Below, in pieces: positions 25,885 to 35,216 of a DNA stretch of 36,941 nt; the stretch's first letter is position 1; each line of letters starts with the position of its first letter. The DNA is from a virus. Lineage: Duplodnaviria; Caudoviricetes. Made by a program: the position numbers and the translations under genes. The notes under the pieces are model-generated. The model was not told the DNA's origin. It saw nothing but the letters and a program-made list of their open reading frames with translations, and did no database searches. The stretch spans positions 1 to 36,941 of IMG/VR virus record IMGVR_UViG_3300025000_000046; one strand, 5' to 3'.

Positions 25885-26203
25885 TTACTCGTTTGCGTCG
25901 ATGGCGCGGGTATTGTATAGCCGCAAACGCGGCAACCTTACCGGCTCTTTTGACACCCTGCCGGGGCTGATGGGTACGCCGCGCGCGCCCGTGGACGCTG
26001 AAACCCGCTTACGACTGGGGATTGATACCCCAAACGTGACTTGGGAAATCCACTTCCAGGGCGCGCCGGATATACGCAAGGGTGACCGGCTGCTGCTCAG
26101 CGGTTTAGAGTATCCCGTTTTCCACTGCGAAAAATGGCCCTGGCTGCCGAGCGATGATACCCGCCTCCGGGTGATAGTTGAGGATGTGCGCAATGGCGTA
26201 TAA
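25877..26203 (+). CDS. Head closure protein (probable)
   Basis: DIRKGDRL...EYPV pattern; position. Confidence 0.65.
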   Translation: MADYSFASMARVLYSRKRGNLTGSFDTLPGLMGTPRAPVDAETRLRLGIDTPNVTWEIHFQGAPDIRKGDRLLLSGLEYPVFHCEKWPWLPSDDTRLRVIVEDVRNGV

Positions 26204-26654
26204 ACCTGAACTGTCCATCGAAGGCATCCAGGAAGTCCAGGCGCGAAACGTGCGTCGGATTGCCGCACTCAAGCCTACGGGCGCTGCTGGTCAGGCTGTA
26301 AAAAACGCCATTATCCAATTGCATCGGTACGCCGTGAGTATTACTCATGTCGGTCGGTATGCGCAGACCGCAAGCGGGCGCTACACATGGGCAAAGCCGC
26401 CGAAGCCTGGCCGAGGTGGGGGCGCTCTCCGGGCATCTCACCGAATGCGCGTCAATGGTTTAGATGGCGCTGTCTTTATTGACAAATCCAGCCGCAACCC
26501 GCTGACTGGTAACAAACCGGTCGAATATGGTGTTTACGAAAATGCCCGCGGTGGTGAACACGCTTTTTATGATCGGACAGTTGGCGAAATCGGCGACCGG
26601 GTTGTAGAGCAGGCCAAAACGGCCATCCGGGAGGCGGCACTCTATGGCAAGTAA
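26193..26654 (+). CDS. HK97 gp10-like neck protein
   Basis: IEGIQEV, GALRAS, EYGVYE, HAFY patterns; position. Confidence 0.65.
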   Translation: MAYKPELSIEGIQEVQARNVRRIAALKPTGAAGQAVKNAIIQLHRYAVSITHVGRYAQTASGRYTWAKPPKPGRGGGALRASHRMRVNGLDGAVFIDKSSRNPLTGNKPVEYGVYENARGGEHAFYDRTVGEIGDRVVEQAKTAIREAALYGK

Positions 26655-27093
26655 TGCCCCATCACGCAAAGACGCCCGGAAAGAGTTGGCCGCTGTCATT
26701 GATACAAAGTTTGATGTGACCTGGGACGTTTTCGCTTATAAGACCCTGGCGACCTTCAATAAAGCCAAAAATATCGCCGTCGGCTCTTCCGGCTCTGGGC
26801 GCACAATCGCCGCCGCTGACACTGAAACAAGTGACGCCGCTTACAGGTTTTTGGTTTATATCTTCGTTTTGTATCAGGATACCGAAAACTCATGGACGGC
26901 TGAAAACAGCGAGGATGCTCTTGACGATGCCGAAAAGGCGCTGACTGATGTCCTGACTGATAACCAGGAGCACGGCGCTTATTGGCAAAATCTGATCATC
27001 GAAGGATTTAGTGAAGCGACACCCATCATCGATGAACTGGGCAGAACCTACCGGCGGGAAACCGTCACTGTGAGGATTGACAAATGGCAGTAG
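26644..27093 (+). CDS. Tail terminator/completion protein (probable)
   Basis: Size, position and acidic character. Confidence 0.55.
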   Translation: MASNAPSRKDARKELAAVIDTKFDVTWDVFAYKTLATFNKAKNIAVGSSGSGRTIAAADTETSDAAYRFLVYIFVLYQDTENSWTAENSEDALDDAEKALTDVLTDNQEHGAYWQNLIIEGFSEATPIIDELGRTYRRETVTVRIDKWQ

Positions 27094-27260
27094 AGAAAAA
27101 GATTTATCAGGTGGCCGACGGCCAGACGATATCAAGCATTAAGCACGAAAAGAACTTTTTAGCGGGCGAGATTATCGACCTGTCCTATGCCCGCGCCGAT
27201 GAAGTTGAAGCGCTCCTGAAGGCGGGCGCAATTGTTGAAGTCAAGAAAGAGGCAAAATAA
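27084..27260 (+). CDS. Hypothetical protein (58 aa)
   Basis: Hand translation MAVEKKIYQVADG...GEIIDL...LLKAGAIVEV; fills the operon gap. Confidence 0.65.
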   Translation: MAVEKKIYQVADGQTISSIKHEKNFLAGEIIDLSYARADEVEALLKAGAIVEVKKEAK

Positions 27261-27628
27261 TGGCACGCTCAACTTTGGTCAAAACAACCGCGCCGGGCAA
27301 TTTTCCCAGCCTGCAACCCGCCGCGAATGCTCTCGACATCACAATGGCCGCGACGGTTGTCGCTGACAAAGCACAGTTTTTGGCAAGCAACAAAGATTTG
27401 GTAATCGCCCATAATACCGGGGCGTCTCCCCATACGATCGCTATCACATCGGTAGCAGATCCCAAGAGTAATCGAACCGGGGACATTACCGCCTACAGTC
27501 TGGGCGCTGGCGAATTGGCCGTTTTTGGCCCGTTCCGCCGTGAAGGTTGGATGCAAGCCGACGGCTATGTCTACCTCGAAGCCGACCACATCGAAATAAA
27601 ATTCGGTGTAATCACTCTACCCGAATAA
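27260..27628 (+). CDS. Virion structural protein
   Basis: 122 aa beta-rich protein in the tail operon. Confidence 0.65.
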   Translation: MARSTLVKTTAPGNFPSLQPAANALDITMAATVVADKAQFLASNKDLVIAHNTGASPHTIAITSVADPKSNRTGDITAYSLGAGELAVFGPFRREGWMQADGYVYLEADHIEIKFGVITLPE

Positions 27629-27640
27629 GGAAAAAATATC

Positions 27641-28042
27641 ATGGCAAAGTTTGACGGAAAAAATATCGCATTCAAGTTCGGCTCCTTCACCTTCCCGGCT
27701 GGTACGCTCGTATCGGTCGATTGGCCGCGCACGCGTGACGAATTGGAAGCGACTGGCGCAACTCAGTTGGATAAAGAATTTTATCCGAGTGAGCGCAGTT
27801 CACAAATCACGGTCAACGCCTGGGATGATGTCGCTGGCACCATCCGCGCCGCGATGGAAAACACGACCGCCGAAGCGACCGCCGAATATTGGCCGCAGGG
27901 CAATTCCAGCGGCAAACCGAAGCGCAGCGCGCAGGCGTTTGTGACCTCGGTCAGTGACCCGCTTACGCACAACCAGATGGCCGCGATCACAATTACCTTG
28001 CGCGTCAATGGCGCTGTCACTCCATCGACCGTAGCCCCATAG
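27641..28042 (+). CDS. Major tail tube protein (probable)
   Basis: YWPQGNSSGKPKRSAQAFVTS...ITLRVNG; precedes the chaperone gene. Confidence 0.7.
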   Translation: MAKFDGKNIAFKFGSFTFPAGTLVSVDWPRTRDELEATGATQLDKEFYPSERSSQITVNAWDDVAGTIRAAMENTTAEATAEYWPQGNSSGKPKRSAQAFVTSVSDPLTHNQMAAITITLRVNGAVTPSTVAP

Positions 28043-28045
28043 CCG

Positions 28046-28471
28046 ATGATACATACAATCCGCAATCAATCGTTTGAGATCATCGACGAGCCTCTGCAGG
28101 AGCATGTCGAGGCGTGGGAAAAAGCCGCGCGGGCTTTGCGCTCGGAAGATGCAAAGCCGTACTTACGCGCAACGATTGACCAAATGAAAACCATCAACGT
28201 TACCGCACAATCTCTCCCGGCTCTTTTGGTCATTTTTGCGGAGGCGGCAAAGAACATTATCGCTGCTGTGGAGATACTTGAAGCGAACGAGACTTTGACC
28301 ATGTCCAGCAATCGCGGGATGATGGTCAAGGCCGCGATCGAGGCAGGCTGGATAAAAGCGCCGGTAATGGCGGCTGATGACGTGGACAAAATGAAGCCTG
28401 GGCTTGTTGGCTGGTTGGCTGAGAAAATTGGCGCTTTGTACCTTGAGGCGACTGAAATCCCAAAAAACTAA
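28046..28471 (+). CDS. Tail assembly chaperone (gpG-like)
   Basis: Between tail tube and tape measure; ends in slippery CCCAAAAAAC-TAA. Confidence 0.75.
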   Translation: MIHTIRNQSFEIIDEPLQEHVEAWEKAARALRSEDAKPYLRATIDQMKTINVTAQSLPALLVIFAEAAKNIIAAVEILEANETLTMSSNRGMMVKAAIEAGWIKAPVMAADDVDKMKPGLVGWLAEKIGALYLEATEIPKN

Positions 28472-28746
28472 TACTGGCGGTTGCTGATTATGCCGAAGAT
28501 GATAACAATCAGCAGCCGCCAGAATTGGCCGCCGCGTTTCAGGTCGAGCAGTGGGGCGCGCCGGCTCTTTTTCCTGGCGTTATCCCGGTGCAAAAAATCC
28601 GCCGGTGGACGGCTTGCCTGAATGTTTACCGCGCAATGAAATCCTATCAGGCAGGCGCGGCCAATTTTGCGCAATGGGCAGAGCGCAACCCCGGCCAATT
28701 TGAATTAGTCGCCAAAATCCGTGAAATGAGGGCGCTCCAATGGTAG
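28459..28746 (+). CDS. -1 frameshift extension of the tail chaperone (gpGT-like)
   Basis: The -1 frame is open from the slippery site (KLILAVADYAEDD...) through the 28525-28746 ORF. Confidence 0.7.
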   Translation, partial: PKKLILAVADYAEDDNNQQPPELAAAFQVEQWGAPALFPGVIPVQKIRRWTACLNVYRAMKSYQAGAANFAQWAERNPGQFELVAKIREMRALQW

Positions 28747-30374
28747 ACGAAATCCTAATAAAATTTTCCGTCAAGGATGATGGGACGCCTGTAATTGAGA
28801 AGGTTAACAAATCGTTGGGGGAGACAACGAAGCAATCCAAGGCCCTTGCCCCTGGCCTTGAAAATGCCCGCGAAAGCATGGGCAATTTTGTTAGCCAAAA
28901 TGCTGTCTTGATTGGTGCGCTTGTCGGTGTCGGAATGGCTCTCAAAGATGTTATTCAAACGGGCATTGAGTATGCAATGTCGGTTGATGCGATGGCACGC
29001 GCCGGCGGGGAAAGCGCAGAAGAAGCATCACGTTTCATCCAAGTTTTAGATGATTATGAAATCAGCGCTCAAGACGCTTTAGCGGCCACACGCGCTCTCA
29101 CTCGCAATGGATTAGCTCCGAATGTGGAAACTTTGGCGATGCTGAGTGATCAGTATTTGGCACTCAATTCGGTCGAAGAGAAAAACGCTTTTATCATTGA
29201 AAACTTAGGCCGGGGCGGGTTGCAATGGGCAAAGGCTTTGGATCAGGGTAGCGCAGCTTTACGAGCGCAAGCCGCTGCGGTTGACAAGTCCCTGATTTTG
29301 ACACAAGAGCAGGTTGATAGTGCTGAAAAAGCGCGCCTGGCCATTGACAACTGGAACGACAGTATTCAAGGTTTGAAGGTCACTTTGTCAATGGGTCTTT
29401 TGCCCGTTTTGGCTGACGTGGTGACATCTATTAACAACAACATCAAAGCCGGTTTTGAGTGGAAAGATTTACTGCGTGTAATTGCGCCGGTAAGTTTGGT
29501 TATGTCCATCATGGATATGTCTGAGGCGCACGATCAAAATACAGCATCGTTGGAAAAAGCCGAAGTTGCCGCCGAAGAATTGACACTTACGCAGGCGCAG
29601 CTCGAAGAACAGGAAAAGGCAACCGCCGCCGCCGCGAAAGCTCTCTCGGATTTGCTCTCTGGGCGCATCGGCATTATCAACAGCATCCAGGCGTCCGAAG
29701 AGAGCTTCGCAGAAAAATCGAAAAGCCTGAATGAACAGCGGATCCAAACAGAGCAATCCCTGGCGGTTTTTCGCGCCAAGGGCGCTGACGAGCAGAGTAC
29801 GCAGATACAAGGCGCGCTGAAAAAACTTGACGAAATCAAAGCCAAAGAAGCCGACCTCGCCAAAGAGCGCGAGCGGCAAACGTTGAAATTTATCAGTGAT
29901 ATTTTGGCCCAGAATTTGGCGCGAGATGGTTGGACAGAGAATGAGTTTGCCGCGTTCGCCGATCAACAGGTCGCTTGGGGATTGTGGTCGGCTGATGTGG
30001 TCGAAAAGGCTAAAGCGGCTTGGACCGAGGCCGATAAGGTTGCACGGTCCATCAACGCTATCCCGGACAATAAAACGTCTACTATCTCGATCATCACAAA
30101 AGCATTTGACTATCAGACGGCGCCAGGCGGATACGCAAATCAATACTCGCACGCGGGCGGAGGTTCGTTTACCATTCCCTACGGTGGCGGCAACGAGAGC
30201 TTTATGATGCCCGGTGGAAATACTGCAAGCCCTGGCGAGACGGTCACGATCACGAAAGCCAACCAGGAGAGCCACACGGATGAACTCCTAACCCAACTCC
30301 TCAACAAAAAGATGATTGACGAGGGACGCCTGGCGCGGCTTATCGTCAACGCCCAACAATCGGCGGGCCAATGA
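28740..30374 (+). CDS. Tape measure protein (544 aa, implying a short tail)
   Basis: Ala-rich helical protein with hydrophobic segments, after the chaperones; HAGGG near the C-terminus. Confidence 0.85.
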   Translation: MVDEILIKFSVKDDGTPVIEKVNKSLGETTKQSKALAPGLENARESMGNFVSQNAVLIGALVGVGMALKDVIQTGIEYAMSVDAMARAGGESAEEASRFIQVLDDYEISAQDALAATRALTRNGLAPNVETLAMLSDQYLALNSVEEKNAFIIENLGRGGLQWAKALDQGSAALRAQAAAVDKSLILTQEQVDSAEKARLAIDNWNDSIQGLKVTLSMGLLPVLADVVTSINNNIKAGFEWKDLLRVIAPVSLVMSIMDMSEAHDQNTASLEKAEVAAEELTLTQAQLEEQEKATAAAAKALSDLLSGRIGIINSIQASEESFAEKSKSLNEQRIQTEQSLAVFRAKGADEQSTQIQGALKKLDEIKAKEADLAKERERQTLKFISDILAQNLARDGWTENEFAAFADQQVAWGLWSADVVEKAKAAWTEADKVARSINAIPDNKTSTISIITKAFDYQTAPGGYANQYSHAGGGSFTIPYGGGNESFMMPGGNTASPGETVTITKANQESHTDELLTQLLNKKMIDEGRLARLIVNAQQSAGQ

Positions 30375-32653
30375 CGCATGTAATCGATTTGACTTATTCA
30401 GTCTTGGCATATCTGGCTGGGGTATGGACAGATATTTCTGCCGATGTTATCACCGGGTCCGTATCTGGTTCTGATGGTTTTTCTACAAATTCGCCTATCG
30501 AACGCGTAGCCACTACCGGCGAATTTTCGTTTCAGTTGAAAAACCTGACCGGCAAATATAGCCCCGGTCATGTCTCTGCGCTCACGGGCTGGATGGTTGG
30601 CATTCCGGTCAAGGTAGTTTTTACCTATCGTGGACAAAATTACCCGATTTTTGGGCGCATTGCCACGCCTGGCGGAATACAAATCGATCCGCGTCAAAAA
30701 GGAATGCCGACCGTGAGCGTCACCTGCTTGGATTGGTTTGATCTTGCCAGCAAACATCCGATAGTCAATCCGGGTGTTTTGACAAATAAACGGGCGGACG
30801 AGGTCATAACTCAAACGCTCTCATACATGCCAATAGCCCCGCAGGCGCTCTCTCTTGATACCGGTGTTTTTACATTTCCCACAGTTTTTGACACGGTCAC
30901 AAGCAAAACAAAAGCATATTCAGAGCTGGCAAAATCCGCGCTCTCTGAACTTGGCTATGTATATATGCGGCATGATAAGACCTATGGCGAAACGCTGGTT
31001 TTTGAAAACTATCAACGGCGTAATGGATTGCGCGTAGAAACCCCATATCCCGCTCCCGATGATGGGGCAGAACTGCGCGAAGATGGCGGCTATGAGTTTC
31101 GCGAAGATGGCGGATATGAGCTACGCGAAGATGAAACAATAGCCTTTGACGGGGATAATACTTTTATCTCTGCCGACATTTCGCATGGTGATAATCTACT
31201 CAATCGCCTGGGCTGCTACGCCTATCCGCGCCGTGTAGATACATCCCCGGTTATTTTGTTTCGTTTGTCGCAGCCGATTGCAATTGCATCCGGGCAAACG
31301 ATAGAGCTAAAAGGCAATTACACCGATCCCCTAGGCGGCTCTCCCGTAAGTGGTCAGAGCATGATCACCCCTGCGGCAACAACAGATTATTTGCTAAACA
31401 CTGCGCAAAATGGAAGCGGAACAAATATTACTGCCAACCTGTCTGTATCTGCGTCTTATGGTACCGAAGGTTTTACTCATCAGCTTACGAACACATCCAC
31501 TTCCACCGGCTGGGTTACTCAGTTCAATTGTCGCGGTTATGGGATTTATACCTACAATCCAATCGAGCATGTAGCCAGCGAAGCCGATAGTATTTTATCT
31601 TTCGGCGTTACTGGCGATATTCTGCATCAAAAATATCAGCAAAACCTAGATGTTGCTACTCTGTTCTCAAATTCGATTTGTTTTATCGAAAAGAACCCGA
31701 AAACGAGGATGGACAAGGTTTACTTTGTTGCGAATTACTCTCCGGCCATGATGGGTGCTTTTCTAAATCTCGGAACTGGTGATATGATTAGGCTAAAGTC
31801 TGATCAGGCGAATGTTGACGCCTATCATTTTATCCAGGGGCGAGAGTGGAAAATCGAGAAAGGGAATATCATTATGTTTAGCTGGATAGTAAAGGAATTT
31901 ATTAATCTCGTTTTGGGGTTGTCGCTAATCAATGTTAGTTTCAACCAGGCTTCGCCATATAAAGACGCTATTGATTATGGCTATGATCCCAATCTGTCAA
32001 AAATCGCGACAACATCGCCGCTTTTTTCTGTGAGCGTTTGGGTTTATCCTACATCCGATATTGACCCGGCTAATCCAGGACATATTATCGGAAATTTCTC
32101 AGATCCATCCGGGTGGAGAGTTGGCATAAGAAATGGGCTAAAAGTACAGCTCTATCAAAAAGGAACGGGTGCGCCTGGGGTGTGGGACACCGCTGCTGGC
32201 GCATTGACACTCAATACGTGGAGCCATATAGTTGTCACTCGCGATACGTCAACATCGACAAACGCACCTATTATCTATATCAATGGTGTTGTGAAAACTT
32301 TGACAAATACAAATGTTCAGGGCGGCTCAATCGCTGATGAAACTGGTAATCATCTGATGATAGGTAACGTAAAAACCGCAACGGTTGATCACCAATACCC
32401 GTTTATTGGCACAATTACAAATTACAAAATCTTCCAGCGAATTTTATCCCCCACCGAAGTAGCCGCGATTTATGCCGCCGGGCGCGGATCAAAAACAATG
32501 GAAAGCGGTATCCAGTTTTTCGGGCAGTCTGTCAAGACGAGAAATATATCTGAGTACATCGGTACGCTCGGAGCGAGTAATAAAGTTTTTGATGCAATTT
32601 ACAAAAACATCGGTACAATAAACGGCTCCCCCGTTGGATCCGCTAACCCCTAA
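30371..32653 (+). CDS. Tail tip/baseplate protein with C-terminal LamG-like domain
   Basis: WTDISADV...GEFSFQLKN.TGKYSP N-terminus; FSVSVWVYP, WSHIVVT, IYING, LSPTEVAAIY. Confidence 0.8.
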   Translation: MTHVIDLTYSVLAYLAGVWTDISADVITGSVSGSDGFSTNSPIERVATTGEFSFQLKNLTGKYSPGHVSALTGWMVGIPVKVVFTYRGQNYPIFGRIATPGGIQIDPRQKGMPTVSVTCLDWFDLASKHPIVNPGVLTNKRADEVITQTLSYMPIAPQALSLDTGVFTFPTVFDTVTSKTKAYSELAKSALSELGYVYMRHDKTYGETLVFENYQRRNGLRVETPYPAPDDGAELREDGGYEFREDGGYELREDETIAFDGDNTFISADISHGDNLLNRLGCYAYPRRVDTSPVILFRLSQPIAIASGQTIELKGNYTDPLGGSPVSGQSMITPAATTDYLLNTAQNGSGTNITANLSVSASYGTEGFTHQLTNTSTSTGWVTQFNCRGYGIYTYNPIEHVASEADSILSFGVTGDILHQKYQQNLDVATLFSNSICFIEKNPKTRMDKVYFVANYSPAMMGAFLNLGTGDMIRLKSDQANVDAYHFIQGREWKIEKGNIIMFSWIVKEFINLVLGLSLINVSFNQASPYKDAIDYGYDPNLSKIATTSPLFSVSVWVYPTSDIDPANPGHIIGNFSDPSGWRVGIRNGLKVQLYQKGTGAPGVWDTAAGALTLNTWSHIVVTRDTSTSTNAPIIYINGVVKTLTNTNVQGGSIADETGNHLMIGNVKTATVDHQYPFIGTITNYKIFQRILSPTEVAAIYAAGRGSKTMESGIQFFGQSVKTRNISEYIGTLGASNKVFDAIYKNIGTINGSPVGSANP

Positions 32654-32664
32654 AGGATCGCACA

Positions 32665-33846
32665 ATGCCAGATAAAAAGTTATCTGAAGAAACAAATCAA
32701 ATCACAATGCTCAGTGCCACGGATCGTATCCGCGTTGTCAATGGCATGGGTGGCACACCTGCTACCGGCTTTATCGAAATGATGCAGCTTTCGCCATTTA
32801 TCCCTGGCCTGACGAACACAGAGACAATATCCGCAACGCGGGCATTAGTCGATGCAGACCTGCCAGTACAGCGGCTTACTCCATCTGGCGCAAAACGAAC
32901 GGTAACATTGCCAGCGGCAGCGGCCACAAATCATCCGTTTTATATTATCAACGCAAGCACTGACTACAGTCTGGTGATTGACGCGTTGGGTGTAATTGGC
33001 CCCGGCCAAAGTGGGATGTTAGTCTCGGATGGGACAGCCTATACTCTGCTGGCACCCTTGATAAACAATACGGTTATCCAGTCGGTAACAACAGCTAATG
33101 TTAGCGCGCTTAGTGGCAAGTCTTATTTTCTTGATTTGTCCGGTCTAACCGCAAATAGAAATTTTGTAGTCCCAGCGGGCGCGGTTGGTGATGAAATCCT
33201 GGTCAATGTCACCATTGGCGCTAGTGTACACGCGCTTATTATCATTGGCGCAAGTGGGGTTACTATCAATGGCGGGTCGGCGGCAACCGAATGGAGTCGC
33301 CTATTTATCGCAAATGAAAGTGTCCGTCTGGTAGCAACTAGCAGCACAGGTTGGCGAATTGTCAATGATGGTCGTCTGCCGTGTATTTCTGTTTTCGAAC
33401 GAACCACGTCGGCGGCAAATACTACCCACACGCCCGACACAGACACAAAAGCCGACTGGAACAGTTTACCGAAAAACGTGGGAAGCTGCGGGGATACAAC
33501 AAATGACCGGTTTACCGTTCGGCGCACCGGTACATATGAGGCCAGCGGCGGTTATGCGCCCGCCGCAGCAATTACAGATCAAAAGTGGGTGAATGTAAAG
33601 GTGAAAAAAAACGGATCAACTCGTATTAACAATGCGTCTCAACGCCAATCGGCAGTAACATCATCAAGCATTGCTGGCGTAGCAATTACACCAAAGCCGG
33701 TCGACCTGGCCGTGGGGGATTATCTTGAATATTTTTTCAACACCGAAGAGGCGAACATTGGATTACTCAACACCGACTTTGCCGGTGGTGGCGCAAATCA
33801 GCTGGGGACGGTTACATTTTTCGCAGTCAAAGAAATACTAAGATAA
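32665..33846 (+). CDS. Tail fibre/receptor-binding protein
   Basis: MPDKKLSE N-terminus, RTVTLPAA and FVVPAGAVGD modules, C1q-like FTVRRTGTY...VDLAVGDYLE. Confidence 0.75.
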   Translation: MPDKKLSEETNQITMLSATDRIRVVNGMGGTPATGFIEMMQLSPFIPGLTNTETISATRALVDADLPVQRLTPSGAKRTVTLPAAAATNHPFYIINASTDYSLVIDALGVIGPGQSGMLVSDGTAYTLLAPLINNTVIQSVTTANVSALSGKSYFLDLSGLTANRNFVVPAGAVGDEILVNVTIGASVHALIIIGASGVTINGGSAATEWSRLFIANESVRLVATSSTGWRIVNDGRLPCISVFERTTSAANTTHTPDTDTKADWNSLPKNVGSCGDTTNDRFTVRRTGTYEASGGYAPAAAITDQKWVNVKVKKNGSTRINNASQRQSAVTSSSIAGVAITPKPVDLAVGDYLEYFFNTEEANIGLLNTDFAGGGANQLGTVTFFAVKEILR

Positions 33847-33857
33847 GGAGCAATATC

Positions 33858-34133
33858 ATGCAAGCACATTTACTGATTTTGGTACAAAAGGTAAGGGCCA
33901 TTGCGGCCCAGGAATTGGCGCTGCGCACCGCGATCGCAGAAGTCGATACGCTATACAACGGCGTACCAAACTGGGATGAAGCGCTTACCCAGGCGGAGAT
34001 TGACACAGTGCCGGCCTACGAAGCGGTAGGGCTAACTCCGCAGCAGGTAGCAGATGTGATCTACGCAGCCAAGCAGGCAGATGCTCAGATTGCCGGTAAT
34101 CTGCCGTCAATGTTTGTTTTAGCAAATATATGA
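33858..34133 (+). CDS. Hypothetical protein (possible fibre chaperone)
   Basis: AAGGAG RBS; last gene of the tail operon. Confidence 0.7.
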   Translation: MQAHLLILVQKVRAIAAQELALRTAIAEVDTLYNGVPNWDEALTQAEIDTVPAYEAVGLTPQQVADVIYAAKQADAQIAGNLPSMFVLANI

Positions 34134-34180
34134 TACAATAAAAGAGCCTTGTTCTCCCTAACGGTTTTTCTCCTGAGAAG

Positions 34181-34212
34181 GCAAACCCCCGACCTATTAG
34201 CCGGGGGTTTGC
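34181..34212. terminator. Hairpin between convergent operons
   Basis: GCAAACCCCCG...CGGGGGTTTGC 11-bp perfect stem. Confidence 0.7.
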
Positions 34213-34216
34213 TGAT

Positions 34217-34474
34217 TTAATGCTTAGTGTTGTGGCAGTCGCGGCAAAGAACCTGTAGGTCTGTTGGCTTCTCGTGCCATAGGTTGCTATAAACCTTGTG
34301 GTGGACATCCAACGGAACGCCCATTCTAAAACATCTAGCGCACTTCCTACCGGCTCTTTTGCGTGCCCGCTTGGCCGTGTTTATCCAGTGGCGCGAATGG
34401 AGATAAAAGAGCCTGTACCATTCCCGGCGCCCTAAGCCGTTCGATTGCTCTTACACTATATCGGCGATTATCAT
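34217..34474 (-). pseudogene. HNH endonuclease with in-frame TAA at codon 8
   Basis: Hand translation MIIADIV*EQSNGLGRREWYRLFYLHSRHW...KCARC...LDVHHKVY...DLQVLCRDCHNTKH*. Confidence 0.8.
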
Positions 34475-34478
34475 TTTT

Positions 34479-35214
34479 GGCTATTCGGAAGTTTCTGTGG
34501 ATTGACATAGAAAATCATGCCCCTGAAGTCGTTTAAGAATTGTGGAAAACTTTACTTTTCGGCTGGGCATACGGCCCCAGTTGAACTGTGGAGAAAGCTG
34601 GATTGTGCCAGTGTGATCAAACAGCATACCGGTGGCCGGTGGTTTTTCGCCATACAGCATGAGCGCGCGGATGACGTCGAACGAGTACCCACGTCCTATC
34701 CTGTTGGTGAGTTTTATAACGCTATTGAGAGACTCTGTATATGCGTTGGTGACGCGATGATCAAAATAGGCAAATATTTCGTCATGCCAGTTGGTTGCAG
34801 CAACCATCATGGCTGCGTATGCAGGCCGAACATCGCTGGTCATACTGCTAATCCATTGCTCGTATCGCTGTTCTGCCTCGCGTCGGTTACTGAGATCCAT
34901 GATGCTGTGCATCTCCTGTTTCAGCGCGTACCCCCTAGCCAGGGTTGGAAAATTGAGCAGCCAGGTGTCCAGAATGAGTTGTTGAGATGCATCGAGATCA
35001 GATTTGTGTTTAAACAGCAGGTATCGATCACGCATCATTTTGCGCCGTTGCGATGTAGACATATCAGCGCTAATTTGTTTTCGTATTTTGTTCAGAGCTT
35101 CGTCCGCCATGCGGACAAAATGAAACTACTCTGGCAATCGGCGTGGATGATGTATCCCGATTCCGCGGTCTCTACGCCTGTGACGGTCCATCCCTGGAGG
35201 TTGATGATGTCCAT
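34479..35214 (-). mobile_element. Internally deleted ISL3-family transposase with terminal inverted repeat
   Basis: FHFVRMADEAL, NWHDEIFAYF..RVTNAYTESLNSVIK...R.GRGYSF; N-terminal MDIINLQGW (ATG 35214) joined out of frame; end sequence GGCTATTCGGAAGTTTCTGTGGAT at 34479. Confidence 0.85.
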
Positions 35215-35216
35215 AA

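Noticed and set aside
24295-30275. Long antisense ORFs at 24295-25077 and 29469-30275
   Set aside because: Antisense to clear structural genes; no recognisable motifs
33985-34308. 107-aa minus-strand ORF from the track
   Set aside because: Alternative frame of the HNH pseudogene; runs through the terminator into the opposite gene
1776-34360. AAAAGAGCCGG copies as ISL3 end scars or as Chi/KOPS/stoperator sites
   Set aside because: GGCTCTT resembles some ISL3 termini, but the copies sit inside intact essential genes and the resident IS ends in GGCTATT; there is no strand or transcription polarity
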